Below, piece after piece: positions 10,996 to 20,358 of a stretch of 64,000 bases of DNA (the first letter of the stretch is position 1; each line of letters opens with the position of its first letter). Source of the stretch: an uncultured Dehalococcoidia bacterium (GTDB lineage Bacteria; Chloroflexota; Dehalococcoidia; Lucifugimonadales; UBA1127). Below the pieces are notes generated by a model. The model did not search any database. It was not told the DNA's origin and was given only the letters and a program-made list of their open reading frames with translations. The position numbers were made by a program, and so were the translations under genes. The stretch spans positions 4,452-68,451 of the forward strand of contig CAZTCW010000051.1 in the NCBI GenBank assembly GCA_964612825.1. Direction: 5' to 3'.

Positions 10996-11538
10996 TTAAT
11001 CGACTCCGATTTGTTCACGTTCCTCGATACTATCTAAACCAAGACGAACACTATTCAGGACAGAGGAAAGCTGTTGCTCCAACCTTGAAAGAACTTCATA
11101 GGAGTATTGGTTACAATCTTTCATTCTACCCTCTTGGATTGTCTGTGCCTCTTGAGTAACCTGATGGGCCTGCCTCTGGGAATCCTGAAGCAAGGCGTCT
11201 CCACGCCGCTTGGCGTCAGATACAATTTCTTCTGCCCTCTGATTGGCCTGTTCAACAATTTCGCTTTCGTCTACTTGCTTTCGAGATTCGCTCTCCGCCG
11301 AAGCCTTAATTCTTCGTGATTCGAGCAAGGCTTGATTAATTATGGCTTCCCGCTTTGCCATTAATTCCTGTGCGTCTTGCATATCCCTAGGCATTGCAAG
11401 GCGCAGCTGGTCTACCAATTCCAGCATCCGATCGGCATCTAACACAATCTTATGTGTCGCAGGGAGCCTAGCGCTCGAACTAACTGCCGTTTCCAAACGG
11501 TCGATAAGGTTTAAGATTTCCATATTCCCTCCATTCAT
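10996..11538 (-). CDS. Conserved coiled-coil protein of unknown function (a family often labelled ATPase-subunit-b/H-like)
   Basis: 180 aa, strongly charged heptad-like sequence (…QALLESRRIKASAESESRKQVDESEIVEQANQRAEEIVSDAKRRGDALLQDSQRQAH…). Start overlaps the coaD stop by 4 nt (ATGA), so it is translationally coupled in an rsmD-coaD-orf operon. Confidence 0.55.
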   Translation of the reverse strand: MNGGNMEILNLIDRLETAVSSSARLPATHKIVLDADRMLELVDQLRLAMPRDMQDAQELMAKREAIINQALLESRRIKASAESESRKQVDESEIVEQANQRAEEIVSDAKRRGDALLQDSQRQAHQVTQEAQTIQEGRMKDCNQYSYEVLSRLEQQLSSVLNSVRLGLDSIEEREQIGVD

Positions 11539-12035
11539 CTGTCAGCCACTAGGGCTGAATTTTGAAGCTTGGCTTGCAGCGCCTCCGCAACTTTAGGGGT
11601 CACTAAGTCGCTCACGTCGCCGCCAAGCTGAGCTACCTCTTTTACTCGGCCAGAACTCAAAAATTGCCATTCCAGATCACTCATTAAGTAAATAAATTCT
11701 ACTTTCGGTGCTAACTTTTTATTCATCAAAAACTGTTCAAACTCATCCTCGAAATCTGATCCTGCTCGAAGCCCTTTGACCACCAGTGGGGTGTTCGCTT
11801 CTTGCGCAAAATTCACTAACAACCCGGTAAATGACCGAACAGATACATTTGGCAAATGGCTGACTGCATCTCGGAACAAGGCAACCCGTTGCTCGCAGTC
11901 AAAAAGTAATCTTTTCGGCGGCGCGTCATAAACTGCTATAGTTAATTCATCCACAAGTTCACTTGCCCTTTTAGCGATATTGATGTGTCCATTAGTAACA
12001 GGATCAAAGCTACCGGGGTATAAAGCTTTTAGCAA
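11535..12035 (-). CDS. coaD: Phosphopantetheine adenylyltransferase
   Basis: 166 aa. N-terminal nucleotidyltransferase motif YPGSFDPVTNGHINI (T/H-x-G-H); typical length. Confidence 0.92.
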   Translation of the reverse strand: MLKALYPGSFDPVTNGHINIAKRASELVDELTIAVYDAPPKRLLFDCEQRVALFRDAVSHLPNVSVRSFTGLLVNFAQEANTPLVVKGLRAGSDFEDEFEQFLMNKKLAPKVEFIYLMSDLEWQFLSSGRVKEVAQLGGDVSDLVTPKVAEALQAKLQNSALVADR

Positions 12036-12622
12036 ACTGAACCTACTTTCTCATAAATAGAAATTTGGGTATCCCCGTAGGTTTTTTCTTTTACCAACCG
12101 AACATCTGGTAGCTCCTTAGGGGCACTTACCCTACGAGAATGTTCGAGAATGATTGTACCGTTTTCTACTAAAATTTTCGATTTAATAATTTTTACTACC
12201 AAATTATCTACGCCAGGATAATCATAGGGCGGGTCTAAGAAGACCACATCGTAAGTTTCCGTAAAGGTATCCAGGGCCTTTTCAACGGAGACTGGGAAGA
12301 CCTTGGTTTCATTTGCTAAAGAAAAATTTTCTAGATTTTTATTAAGAGCGATGAATTGCTTGTGATTATTTTCAACAAAATGTGCTTTCAAGGCACCCCG
12401 ACTTAAGGCCTCGATCCCTAATGATCCTGTTCCGGCAAAAAGATCCAGAACCTTCGCGTTTTCAATCTGTGGGGAAATGATGGAGAATAGTGCGGCTCGC
12501 ACTAATTGTGATGATGGGCGAGTTGTTGATCCTGGGGCCACCCTTAACGTCCGCCCTTTGTATCGGCCTCCACTTACCCGAAGTGACATCATTATCATGC
12601 CCCTCAGCACTCCCATTACCAT
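12029..12622 (-). CDS. rsmD: 16S rRNA (guanine966-N2)-methyltransferase RsmD
   Basis: Class-I MTase motif I LDLFAGTGSLGIEALSRG and DPPY motif (VFLDPPYDY). The RsmD-typical N-terminus (M)SLRVSGGRYKGRTL suggests the true start is the internal Met near 12589 rather than 12622. Confidence 0.85.
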   Translation of the reverse strand: MVMGVLRGMIMMSLRVSGGRYKGRTLRVAPGSTTRPSSQLVRAALFSIISPQIENAKVLDLFAGTGSLGIEALSRGALKAHFVENNHKQFIALNKNLENFSLANETKVFPVSVEKALDTFTETYDVVFLDPPYDYPGVDNLVVKIIKSKILVENGTIILEHSRRVSAPKELPDVRLVKEKTYGDTQISIYEKVGSVC

Positions 12623-12786
12623 CTCTATTATCTAGATGATGATCCCCCAAGAGGAAGCACTGGGTTATATTTAGCTATCCACCGACGGATATGATTCTGT
12701 CCAGCAATGTACCAGCCTGCAAGAAAATTGTAAACCCCTACTCATAGTTTAGTTTATAACCATTGTATCCCGTAACTAACCTTCTT

Positions 12787-13365
12787 TCAGGCTATTGTAA
12801 CTAACCCTTCGTCAGTCGCGTCAAGCAATGAAACAAAAGAATATCCCTTTTTGCGAATGGCTTCGCTACCACCTTGTTTCCTATCTAGAATTACCAAGAC
12901 GCACACCACTTCGCACCCGCAGTTTTCAGCGGCCGAAATGGCATGGAATAAGCTACTTCCGGAGGTGCAAACGTCGTCGACAATCAATACCTTAGGCATT
13001 TGTTCTTTGCTCTTTATTTTCGTTATAGGACCTTCAATCAATTGTTCTGTGCCGTGGCCTTTGGCTGAAGTACGGACTAAAAATCCATTAATTGGACGTC
13101 CTTTTAAATAACTAGTTAATATTACAGCGGAAACAATTGGGTCTGCTCCTAAGGTGGGACCACCAATCTCGTCGGCTCCATACTTGAAAGCCTCTTCCAA
13201 AATAGCCTCTCCCACCAAATATGACCCTTCGGGGCTCAGGGTAAGTATTCTCCCATCAAAATAGTATTTGCTCTTTTGTCCCGATGATAGAGTGAAGTCA
13301 CCAAAAGTAAGAGCTTTTAGAGATTTTGCTAGTTCTAGAATTAGTTTTTTAGATTCTTGACTCAT
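12787..13365 (-). CDS. pyrE: Orotate phosphoribosyltransferase
   Basis: 192 aa. FGDFTLSSGQKSKYYFD signature and PRPP-binding loop VLIVDDVCTSGSS. Start overlaps the nadD stop (ATGA). Confidence 0.85.
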   Translation of the reverse strand: MSQESKKLILELAKSLKALTFGDFTLSSGQKSKYYFDGRILTLSPEGSYLVGEAILEEAFKYGADEIGGPTLGADPIVSAVILTSYLKGRPINGFLVRTSAKGHGTEQLIEGPITKIKSKEQMPKVLIVDDVCTSGSSLFHAISAAENCGCEVVCVLVILDRKQGGSEAIRKKGYSFVSLLDATDEGLVTIA

Positions 13366-14027
13366 TTTGGGCCTCCTTTTTGGTAAAGCTGGTGCTGTTT
13401 TATGTACTGCTTCACGCAGTCAGGAACCCATCCTTCAATTGTACAACCTTTTGCTACCCTCTGTCTGATTTCAGTCGCACTAATATCGAAATTTGCGCTG
13501 TCTAGAAAGTTAACCCCCCCATACCTTACCGGGAGAGTCCCTTTTTGTAACTTCGACAAGGAGGAGTAGGGTGTTACCATAGATTTTTTGCCTAAATCTT
13601 CTCCTAACGACTGAGCCTTAACTCCTGGCCTGGACAAAACTATCACATTTGCCAGCTCGAATATTCTTTTGGGATTATGCCAAAGAGGAATATCGTTAAA
13701 TGCATCGAGCCCGAGAATAAGATAGGGATTAAGATCCGACCCATACATTTTGTGAAGCTCTTCAAGTGTATCTGATGTATATGAAGGCCCTGGGCGGTTA
13801 ATTTCTATTTCCGAAACAACTAAGCGTGGATCTTCAGCAGCTACAAGCGCGGCCATCGCTACTCGGTGAATAGAACCCGAAATGTCCTGTCGGGATTTCA
13901 GCCATGGATCCCCTGCTGGTACCAAAAGAATGGACTCCAAGCCAAATGTCTCCATAGCTTGGGCCGCAATACCTAGATGTCCCTTATGTATCGGATCGAA
14001 CGTTCCACCAAGGACCCCTACATCCAT
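13362..14027 (-). CDS. nadD: Nicotinate-nucleotide adenylyltransferase
   Basis: 221 aa. GGTFDPIHKGHL (H-x-G-H) motif, and the common position downstream of obg. Confidence 0.9.
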   Translation of the reverse strand: MDVGVLGGTFDPIHKGHLGIAAQAMETFGLESILLVPAGDPWLKSRQDISGSIHRVAMAALVAAEDPRLVVSEIEINRPGPSYTSDTLEELHKMYGSDLNPYLILGLDAFNDIPLWHNPKRIFELANVIVLSRPGVKAQSLGEDLGKKSMVTPYSSLSKLQKGTLPVRYGGVNFLDSANFDISATEIRQRVAKGCTIEGWVPDCVKQYIKQHQLYQKGGPK

Positions 14028-14085
14028 AACTGTCCTACTCCGCGTTGCTTAGAAAAGTACCCGCAAATTTTTTAGCAATACTTGA

Positions 14086-15357
14086 TTAACGCCACTCTAG
14101 TTCTGTCCCGCCCAAGGTGATTGTATCTCCCTCTTGGACGCCGGATTCGTTAAGAGCCTCCAAAAGTCCTAAATTCCTGAATTCCATTCTTAATTGAGCT
14201 ACTGCACGCCAGTTAGATAAATTTGTTCCTCTAACTAACTGTTCAGCTTTGGGCCAAGTTACCCAAAATTGATTATCATTGATTTTTATCACTTCGTTTT
14301 TCGTTTTAGAGCTTGTTTTTGTTATTCTCAGGTTCTGTGGTGTTTTAGGTTTTGGAAACTGCGATGCCGGAAGAGGTAAGAAATGTATAACCGCCTCCAA
14401 AACTGCTTCTATCCCCTCTCCCGTCATCGCAGATATAAACAGAGTTGGGCTTGGTGTTCCAACAAACAACTTTTCAATCTCTGCTATTCGGTTTTTTACT
14501 TCAGGCAAGTCCACTTTATTTATTGCTATAATCTGAGGGCGTATGGCAAGCTGTTTGTTATAAGCAAGCAACTCTCGATTCACATCTAAATAAGTATTGA
14601 GAGGGTTTTCACCAGATCCATCAATTAGATGAATCAACGCTCTAGTGCGTTCGGCATGCTGCAAAAAGGTATCCCCTAATCCTACTCCTAGGTGGGCTCC
14701 TTCAATTAAACCCGGTATTTCCGCCATAACAACCGCTCGTCCATTTGAGTTCACCACTCCCAATACTGGTTCTGTTGTTGTAAATGGATAGGGTGCTATT
14801 TTGGGCTTAGCTCGGGAGACAAAAGACATAAAGCTTGATTTACCGGCGTTGGGAGCTCCAATAATTCCTACATCTGCTAAAAGCTTCAACTCCATCCGAA
14901 TTCTTAAGGCTTCCCCTATCTCCCCAGCTTCTGCAATCAGTGGTGTTTGGTTCGTAGGAGTAGCAAAATGTATATTCCCCCTACCACCATCTCCCCCTTT
15001 ACATAAAACGATTGAATCCCCTGGGTTAACAATGTCAGCAATTTGTTCAGCAATAGATTCTTTAGAAATGCTGTATACAGTTGTCCCCACAGGAACTTGA
15101 ATCAATAAATCACTGCCATCTTTACCCCGTTTCTTTCTTCCAAGTCCTATCCCGCCATTCTCAGCGGAAAAACGTTGGCCTTGCCTAAATTGTGATAGGG
15201 TACTGATTCCAGCATTCCCAATAAGAATAACGTTCCCTCCATGTCCACCATCTCCTCCATCCGGACCTCCACGAGGAACGAACTTTTCCCGTCGGAAATG
15301 GGCACTTCCATTTCCCCCGGATCCAGCAATTATATCTATTTCTATATTATCTATCAT
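14086..15357 (-). CDS. obg: GTPase Obg/CgtA
   Basis: 423 aa. Gly-rich Obg fold (GGDGGHGGNV, GGDGGRGN), G1 GAPNAGKSS, EIPGLIEGA, G4 NKVD, and a C-terminal OCT-type extension. Confidence 0.95.
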   Translation of the reverse strand: MIDNIEIDIIAGSGGNGSAHFRREKFVPRGGPDGGDGGHGGNVILIGNAGISTLSQFRQGQRFSAENGGIGLGRKKRGKDGSDLLIQVPVGTTVYSISKESIAEQIADIVNPGDSIVLCKGGDGGRGNIHFATPTNQTPLIAEAGEIGEALRIRMELKLLADVGIIGAPNAGKSSFMSFVSRAKPKIAPYPFTTTEPVLGVVNSNGRAVVMAEIPGLIEGAHLGVGLGDTFLQHAERTRALIHLIDGSGENPLNTYLDVNRELLAYNKQLAIRPQIIAINKVDLPEVKNRIAEIEKLFVGTPSPTLFISAMTGEGIEAVLEAVIHFLPLPASQFPKPKTPQNLRITKTSSKTKNEVIKINDNQFWVTWPKAEQLVRGTNLSNWRAVAQLRMEFRNLGLLEALNESGVQEGDTITLGGTELEWR

Positions 15358-15538
15358 AGTGTTAACAACATTAATAATATTAAGGGCTGGGGATTATTCT
15401 AATTTCTATTTAGTCCACTTGGGGATGTTGGTTTATTGTAGCAGGAAAATTGGTGGGGTTTCAGGGATAGTCAGTATGGAGTTATTAGGTTAATGGTTGG
15501 AAAGTCGAAATCTTCGCTAGATATCTCTAGAGGAGATT

Positions 15539-16879
15539 TTATGGTAAAGCCTCAATTTGGCTACGGAGGGATAATAATCGTCTGTGGAACAACGGATCTG
15601 CTAACAACTGTTTTTCTACCCGAGTACAGCCACTATTAACCGTGCTGTGATCCCGCCCCCCCAAAAGTCGACCAATCTCGCCGGTAGTTTGCCTGCTTTG
15701 GGTCCGCAGAAGATACATAGCGACATGTCTGGCTTCACTGCTCAGCCTGTCTCGCCGGGGGCTTTCCAAATTTGATACAGGGATCCCATAATCTTGAGCT
15801 ATCATTCTTAAAACTAATGATGAAGAGGGGGGATCTTGAGAATCCGTGCTAGTTAAATCGGTAAGGGCGGAGAAAATAAGATTCTGAGAGTATTCCATCC
15901 CAGTTGCCTCCGAATAAGCAACTACTCTGTTTAAGGTTCCCTCAAGCTCTCTTACGCTAGAAAATGGATTTTGGGCAATCATCCGCAGAACATCTTCCGG
16001 GATAGAAACTCCCGCGGTTAAGCACTTAGATTGAAGAATTCTTAACCGGGTTTCATTATCGGGGGGGACTATCTTAATTGAAATACCCCAATCAAGACGG
16101 GAACGAAGCCTTCTGCTTAGAAAGGCCATAGCCTTGGTAGGTCTATCAGCAGCTACAACTATCTGACTATTGTTTTGATGTAAATCGTTAAATACGTGAA
16201 AAAACCCTTCTTGGGTTTGATCCTTCCCGGAAAACAACTGGAAATCATCTATTAATAATAAATCTAAAGCCTGATAGCTTTCCCGGAAAAGGTTGACCTT
16301 GCCAGCTTTTATTGAACTAACAAATTCATGGGTAAAACGTTCGGAGGTTATGTACTTGGCGTTTTGCCCAGAAAGTTCGGCTTCCCTTAAAATACTTATC
16401 AAGAGGTGGGTTTTACCTAAACCCGGGTCTGAATACAAGTACACTGGATTGTATTTTGTTGATGAGGCATCAGCAGCTGAAAAGGCCACCGTGTAAGCAA
16501 GTTTATTGCTGGCTCCTACAACAAATGTCTTAAAGGTATGGCGCCCATACAATGATTTTTTCAAGTTCTTTTGGGCTCGGGAGAATTTAGGAGCATCGGG
16601 AGAATGTTTTTGATGGTAAGGGTTATCAATCGAGCCCTGTTCAAACCGAATGTTTAATTGTTGCCCTGATATCTGGTTTAGCACAGATTTTATTGGCGAA
16701 GACAACCTTTTTTCTAAGTAATCAGCGGTAAAAGAGTTTGGAACCCAAACGGACAACAAGTTTCCTGCAAAGCCTATCGCCTTTGTCTCACGTAGAAATG
16801 TGTCGAAGGTAGGGCGAGCTAACTTAACCTGAAGCTGTCCTAATGTGGCTTCCCAAAGTTTTTCTGGGTCTAGATGCAT
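15539..16879 (-). CDS. dnaA: Chromosomal replication initiator protein DnaA
   Basis: 446 aa. AAA+ Walker A SDPGLGKTHL, Walker B LLIDDFQ, sensor region, C-terminal domain IV (…IGRLLGGRDHSTV…). Confidence 0.95.
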   Translation of the reverse strand: MHLDPEKLWEATLGQLQVKLARPTFDTFLRETKAIGFAGNLLSVWVPNSFTADYLEKRLSSPIKSVLNQISGQQLNIRFEQGSIDNPYHQKHSPDAPKFSRAQKNLKKSLYGRHTFKTFVVGASNKLAYTVAFSAADASSTKYNPVYLYSDPGLGKTHLLISILREAELSGQNAKYITSERFTHEFVSSIKAGKVNLFRESYQALDLLLIDDFQLFSGKDQTQEGFFHVFNDLHQNNSQIVVAADRPTKAMAFLSRRLRSRLDWGISIKIVPPDNETRLRILQSKCLTAGVSIPEDVLRMIAQNPFSSVRELEGTLNRVVAYSEATGMEYSQNLIFSALTDLTSTDSQDPPSSSLVLRMIAQDYGIPVSNLESPRRDRLSSEARHVAMYLLRTQSRQTTGEIGRLLGGRDHSTVNSGCTRVEKQLLADPLFHRRLLSLRSQIEALP

Positions 16880-17228
16880 GGGTAGTTTCTGCTCCTAAAT
16901 TTACGTAGCCACGGAGACGTTTTGGAAAAAGGAGAGGAATACCAGCGGCTTAATTTAAAGCGTGGAGAGCCCCCAAGTTTTTCTCGTGCCAACAAAAAAA
17001 TACTGGTGATTGAGGGTCATCTTCTAGGGGAAAAGTGGTTGTTTTTGCTTACTTTTTGACCCTCTAAGAGCGAGGGGGAAAATTAAATTTAAATAAAAAG
17101 CTGAGGCGTGATATTGAGGGTTGCGATTGTCGTTTTTCCGAGCAAATGACCATGATGAAAATCGTCTCCAGCGTGTAGGCTTATAACAAAGCTAGACCCA
17201 ATGTCGAATGGTATAATCCTCTTCAATT
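16880..17228. promoter_or_regulatory. dnaA/fmt divergent intergenic region; candidate oriC and promoter region
   Basis: 349 nt non-coding. AT-rich tract gaaaattaaatttaaataaaaag at 17076-17100. ATTGAGGGT occurs directly repeated at 17009-17017 and 17113-17121. An 8-bp inverted copy TGACCCTC lies at 17057-17064 (complement of GAGGGTCA at 17012-17019). No canonical TTATCCACA box found by eye. Confidence 0.35.
17209..17217 (+). promoter_or_regulatory. Extended -10 promoter element (TGgTATAAT) immediately upstream of fmt
   Basis: tggtataat at 17209-17217. The fmt ATG is at 17229, only 11 nt after the -10 hexamer, and there is no purine-rich SD in between (cctcttcaatt). Confidence 0.35.
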
Positions 17229-18173
17229 ATGAATATAATATTTATGGGCACCCCCAAATTTTCTATACCGATTTTAGAATCTCTCGCTCGTCAAGGCAAC
17301 GCAATAGTTGGGGTTGTAACACGGCCCGACAAGCCTTCTGGTCGTGGACGAAAAATGGAAGAAAGCCCACTGAAAATTTACGCCAATCAATTTGGATACA
17401 AGGTCCTTCAGCCAAAGAATTTTCGAAGCGCCCAAGCCGTGGACGAAATATCCCAACTGAAGCCCGATATATTTGTGGTCGCCGCTTACGGGGCAATTCT
17501 GCCCCAATCATTGTTAGATATTCCTAGATATGGAGTTATTAACCTTCATCCATCTCTTCTTCCCAAATATCGGGGTCCATCACCGGTTGCTACCGCGATT
17601 TTAAACGGCGAAGCGGTTACTGGAATTAGTGTCATGTATCTTGATTCCGGAATCGATACCGGACCAGTGTTGTCCCAACTTGAAGAACCTATTCGCTCAG
17701 ACGACACAACGGAGAGCCTGACCACTCGCTTATTCTCCAAAGGAAGAGATCTATTATTAACCCAAATCTCTTTACTAAGGGAAAATCACGTTTCCCTCAC
17801 TCCGCAAGATTCAAATGAGGCGACTATGACCAAGATGCTTCGGAGAGAAGATGGATTAATCGATTTTCAAATGTCAGCAGAAAACCTAGAACGACAGGTT
17901 AGAGCTTTTTACCCATGGCCAGGAACCTATACCTTTTGGGATGGCCAGATGCTGAAAATAATTGGCGCTGAGTGCGTATCTTCAGCAAACTCAGGATTAA
18001 TGCCAGGAACTGTAATTAAATGGACAGAGAACTCGGTTATATGCATTGCTGTTGTAACCGGGCGCGAATTGTTACAACTACATAAAGTTCAATTGGCTGG
18101 AAAAAAACAAATGGAGGCTCATGAGTTCTCTGCGGGGCATCCGAGATTTGAGGGGTCAGTACTGCCAACCTAA
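17229..18173 (+). CDS. fmt: Methionyl-tRNA formyltransferase
   Basis: 314 aa. N-terminal IIFMGTPKFSIPILESL and HPSLLPKYRG motif, plus the C-terminal OB-like domain. Confidence 0.95.
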   Translation: MNIIFMGTPKFSIPILESLARQGNAIVGVVTRPDKPSGRGRKMEESPLKIYANQFGYKVLQPKNFRSAQAVDEISQLKPDIFVVAAYGAILPQSLLDIPRYGVINLHPSLLPKYRGPSPVATAILNGEAVTGISVMYLDSGIDTGPVLSQLEEPIRSDDTTESLTTRLFSKGRDLLLTQISLLRENHVSLTPQDSNEATMTKMLRREDGLIDFQMSAENLERQVRAFYPWPGTYTFWDGQMLKIIGAECVSSANSGLMPGTVIKWTENSVICIAVVTGRELLQLHKVQLAGKKQMEAHEFSAGHPRFEGSVLPT

Positions 18174-18197
18174 TCAGGTGAAACTTACGAGGCTTCC

Positions 18198-18683
18198 TTA
18201 ACTTTTCTCAAGCTTAACAAGAAGCTCTTTCGATATACGATATTGACCATCGTTACTGGTGATAATGGTCAATAATAATTTCCATCGAATTTCCCCCAAG
18301 TCAGCATGCAGCGGTTTTATATCTTCGATAGGCAGAACAGGGAAAAACTCGTGTGTGGAAGATCCCGCTAGCTCCATCTTTTCAAGGAATGTTTTACTGC
18401 TATGGGTAAACACCTCTCGCTGCTTTTCTGTAATTCGCTTTATCCGCGAAGGAGCTCGCATATAGGCTTCTCCCCGCAACCTAGGAGCACCCCCTGAAAT
18501 CGGAACTGTGATAGTAAAAAACTCTCTCCATGTTTCTTCACAGACTAGTTCTATTTTCCCCTCCGTAATTAAAACGTCTCTTGTTGTGATTATCCTGCAA
18601 GAGGAAGAAATTTCCTGACCTAGGGAATACATGCAATTTTTGAATTCAAAGGCTAGTTCAAGAGAGGGTAATCTGGCAACCAC
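18198..18683 (-). CDS. Hypothetical protein
   Basis: 161-aa ORF with no overlapping competitor and protein-like composition. I recognise no motif. Confidence 0.4.
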   Translation of the reverse strand: MVARLPSLELAFEFKNCMYSLGQEISSSCRIITTRDVLITEGKIELVCEETWREFFTITVPISGGAPRLRGEAYMRAPSRIKRITEKQREVFTHSSKTFLEKMELAGSSTHEFFPVLPIEDIKPLHADLGEIRWKLLLTIITSNDGQYRISKELLVKLEKS

Positions 18684-18741
18684 TGATTTCCTCCTTAGTA
18701 ATCGAATTCCAGCTTGTATTTCTGTGTCGGAACCGGAGAAT

Positions 18742-18818
<77 letters not shown>

Positions 18819-18867
18819 CCAGAGGAACGGATTATTCTAGATATATATGCTTGAGGCTGTCAACGAG

Positions 18868-20358
18868 TTATGCTTCTAATTCTTGGATTGGCTTCCATCT
18901 GAGGTCGGGCCTACGGGCAGCAGAAGCTTCATCTAACCGGCCTACCGGCGTAAAATGTGGAGCCTCGGAAAGGCATGAGGGATCTTCATCAACTTCCTCC
19001 GCAATTTTCAGCATGGCTTCAATAAATTTATCAAGAGTTTCCTTACTTTCAGTTTCTGTCGGTTCAATCATGAGTGCCTCTTCAACTATGAGAGGGAAAT
19101 ACATTGTAGGGGGGTGGATTCCATAATCTATGAGACGCTTAGCGATGTCTAACGCCCGGATTCCCTTTCGCCTTTGCCACTTTGCAGAGAAAACGGCTTC
19201 GTGCATGCAAACCCTATCGTATGGTAGGAAGAAACTTCCTTTCAGGCCTTGACGGAGATAATTCGCATTGAGAACAGCATCCTCACTCACCTGTCTAAGG
19301 CCAACAGCCCCTAAAGACCTTAGATATGTGTACGCTCGGACCAAAACCCCGAAATTCCCATGAAATCCGCCCATTACCCCTATGCTTTGAGCTGGGTTAC
19401 TTAATGAAAAACTTCCATCGTTCGAAATTGTGATGGGAGAGGGCAAAAACTCCTGAAGATGCTGGGCGACGCATACGGGCCCTGCCCCTGGACCCCCGCC
19501 ACCATGGGGGGTGCTACAGGTTTTATGCAGGTTCAAATGCATAATATCCAAACCCAAGTCGCCGGGTTTAATTCTGCCTAAAAGAGCATTCATATTGGCG
19601 CCATCGACGTATACCAAGCCACCTGCTGTATGGACAATCCGACAAATTTCTTGAATAGATCTGTCAAAAAGACCGAGGGTGCTCGGTAGAGTTATCATTA
19701 ACCCTGCGAGGGTGTCGTCAGCTGCAGATTTTAGGGAATCTAAATCTAAATCGCCATCGGAATTAGAGGGAATTGTTTCAACTTGATAACCTGCCATTGA
19801 AGCGGAAGCCGGGTTAGTTCCGTGAGCGCTATCAGGGATCAGGATAATCCGGCGTGAATTATCATTATTAGCATTATGGAAAGCTTGAATCATTAGTACC
19901 CCAGCCAATTCTCCATGGGCCCCGGCTAAGGTCGCCAGGCTGCAGCCTGCCATTCCTGTTATTTCACAAAGCATCTGTTGTAACGAGTGCATAATTTCTA
20001 AAGCACCTTGGACTGTCTCAGGGGTTTGAAGCGGATGAATTGAGCTGAATCCGGAAAGCGAGGCAATTTCATCATTTATTTTCGGGTTGTACTTCATTGT
20101 GCAAGAACCCAATGGGTAAAAATTGGTGTCCACAGAAAAATTAGATTGAGACAGATTAGTGAAGTACCTGACCAAATCCAATTCCGAGACCTCGGGTAGA
20201 GTTAGATTAGTCCGCAGGAATTCTGGTGGCGGGAGATCTTGGGAGGGGACATCCACCGGGGGAAGCTGAATTCCGGACCGACCAGGCGAGCTTATATCCA
20301 TTAGTAATTGACTGGAGGGGGAATTCAAAGTCTTAAAATTCATGTTATGGCGCCTCAT
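18868..20358 (-). CDS. gcvPB: Glycine dehydrogenase (decarboxylating) subunit 2 (P-protein beta)
   Basis: 496 aa. PLP-Lys context NLHKTCSTPHGGGGPG. Overlaps or abuts the gcvPA stop. An alternative start at Met6 (20343) lies 1 nt past the gcvPA stop codon. Confidence 0.95.
   Translation of the reverse strand: MRRHNMNFKTLNSPSSQLLMDISSPGRSGIQLPPVDVPSQDLPPPEFLRTNLTLPEVSELDLVRYFTNLSQSNFSVDTNFYPLGSCTMKYNPKINDEIASLSGFSSIHPLQTPETVQGALEIMHSLQQMLCEITGMAGCSLATLAGAHGELAGVLMIQAFHNANNDNSRRIILIPDSAHGTNPASASMAGYQVETIPSNSDGDLDLDSLKSAADDTLAGLMITLPSTLGLFDRSIQEICRIVHTAGGLVYVDGANMNALLGRIKPGDLGLDIMHLNLHKTCSTPHGGGGPGAGPVCVAQHLQEFLPSPITISNDGSFSLSNPAQSIGVMGGFHGNFGVLVRAYTYLRSLGAVGLRQVSEDAVLNANYLRQGLKGSFFLPYDRVCMHEAVFSAKWQRRKGIRALDIAKRLIDYGIHPPTMYFPLIVEEALMIEPTETESKETLDKFIEAMLKIAEEVDEDPSCLSEAPHFTPVGRLDEASAARRPDLRWKPIQELEA

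Noticed and set aside
12676-12682. DnaA-box-like heptamer TATCCAC in the rsmD upstream spacer.
   Set aside because: It is a single isolated partial match (7 of 9) far from dnaA, which is expected by chance. There is no cluster.
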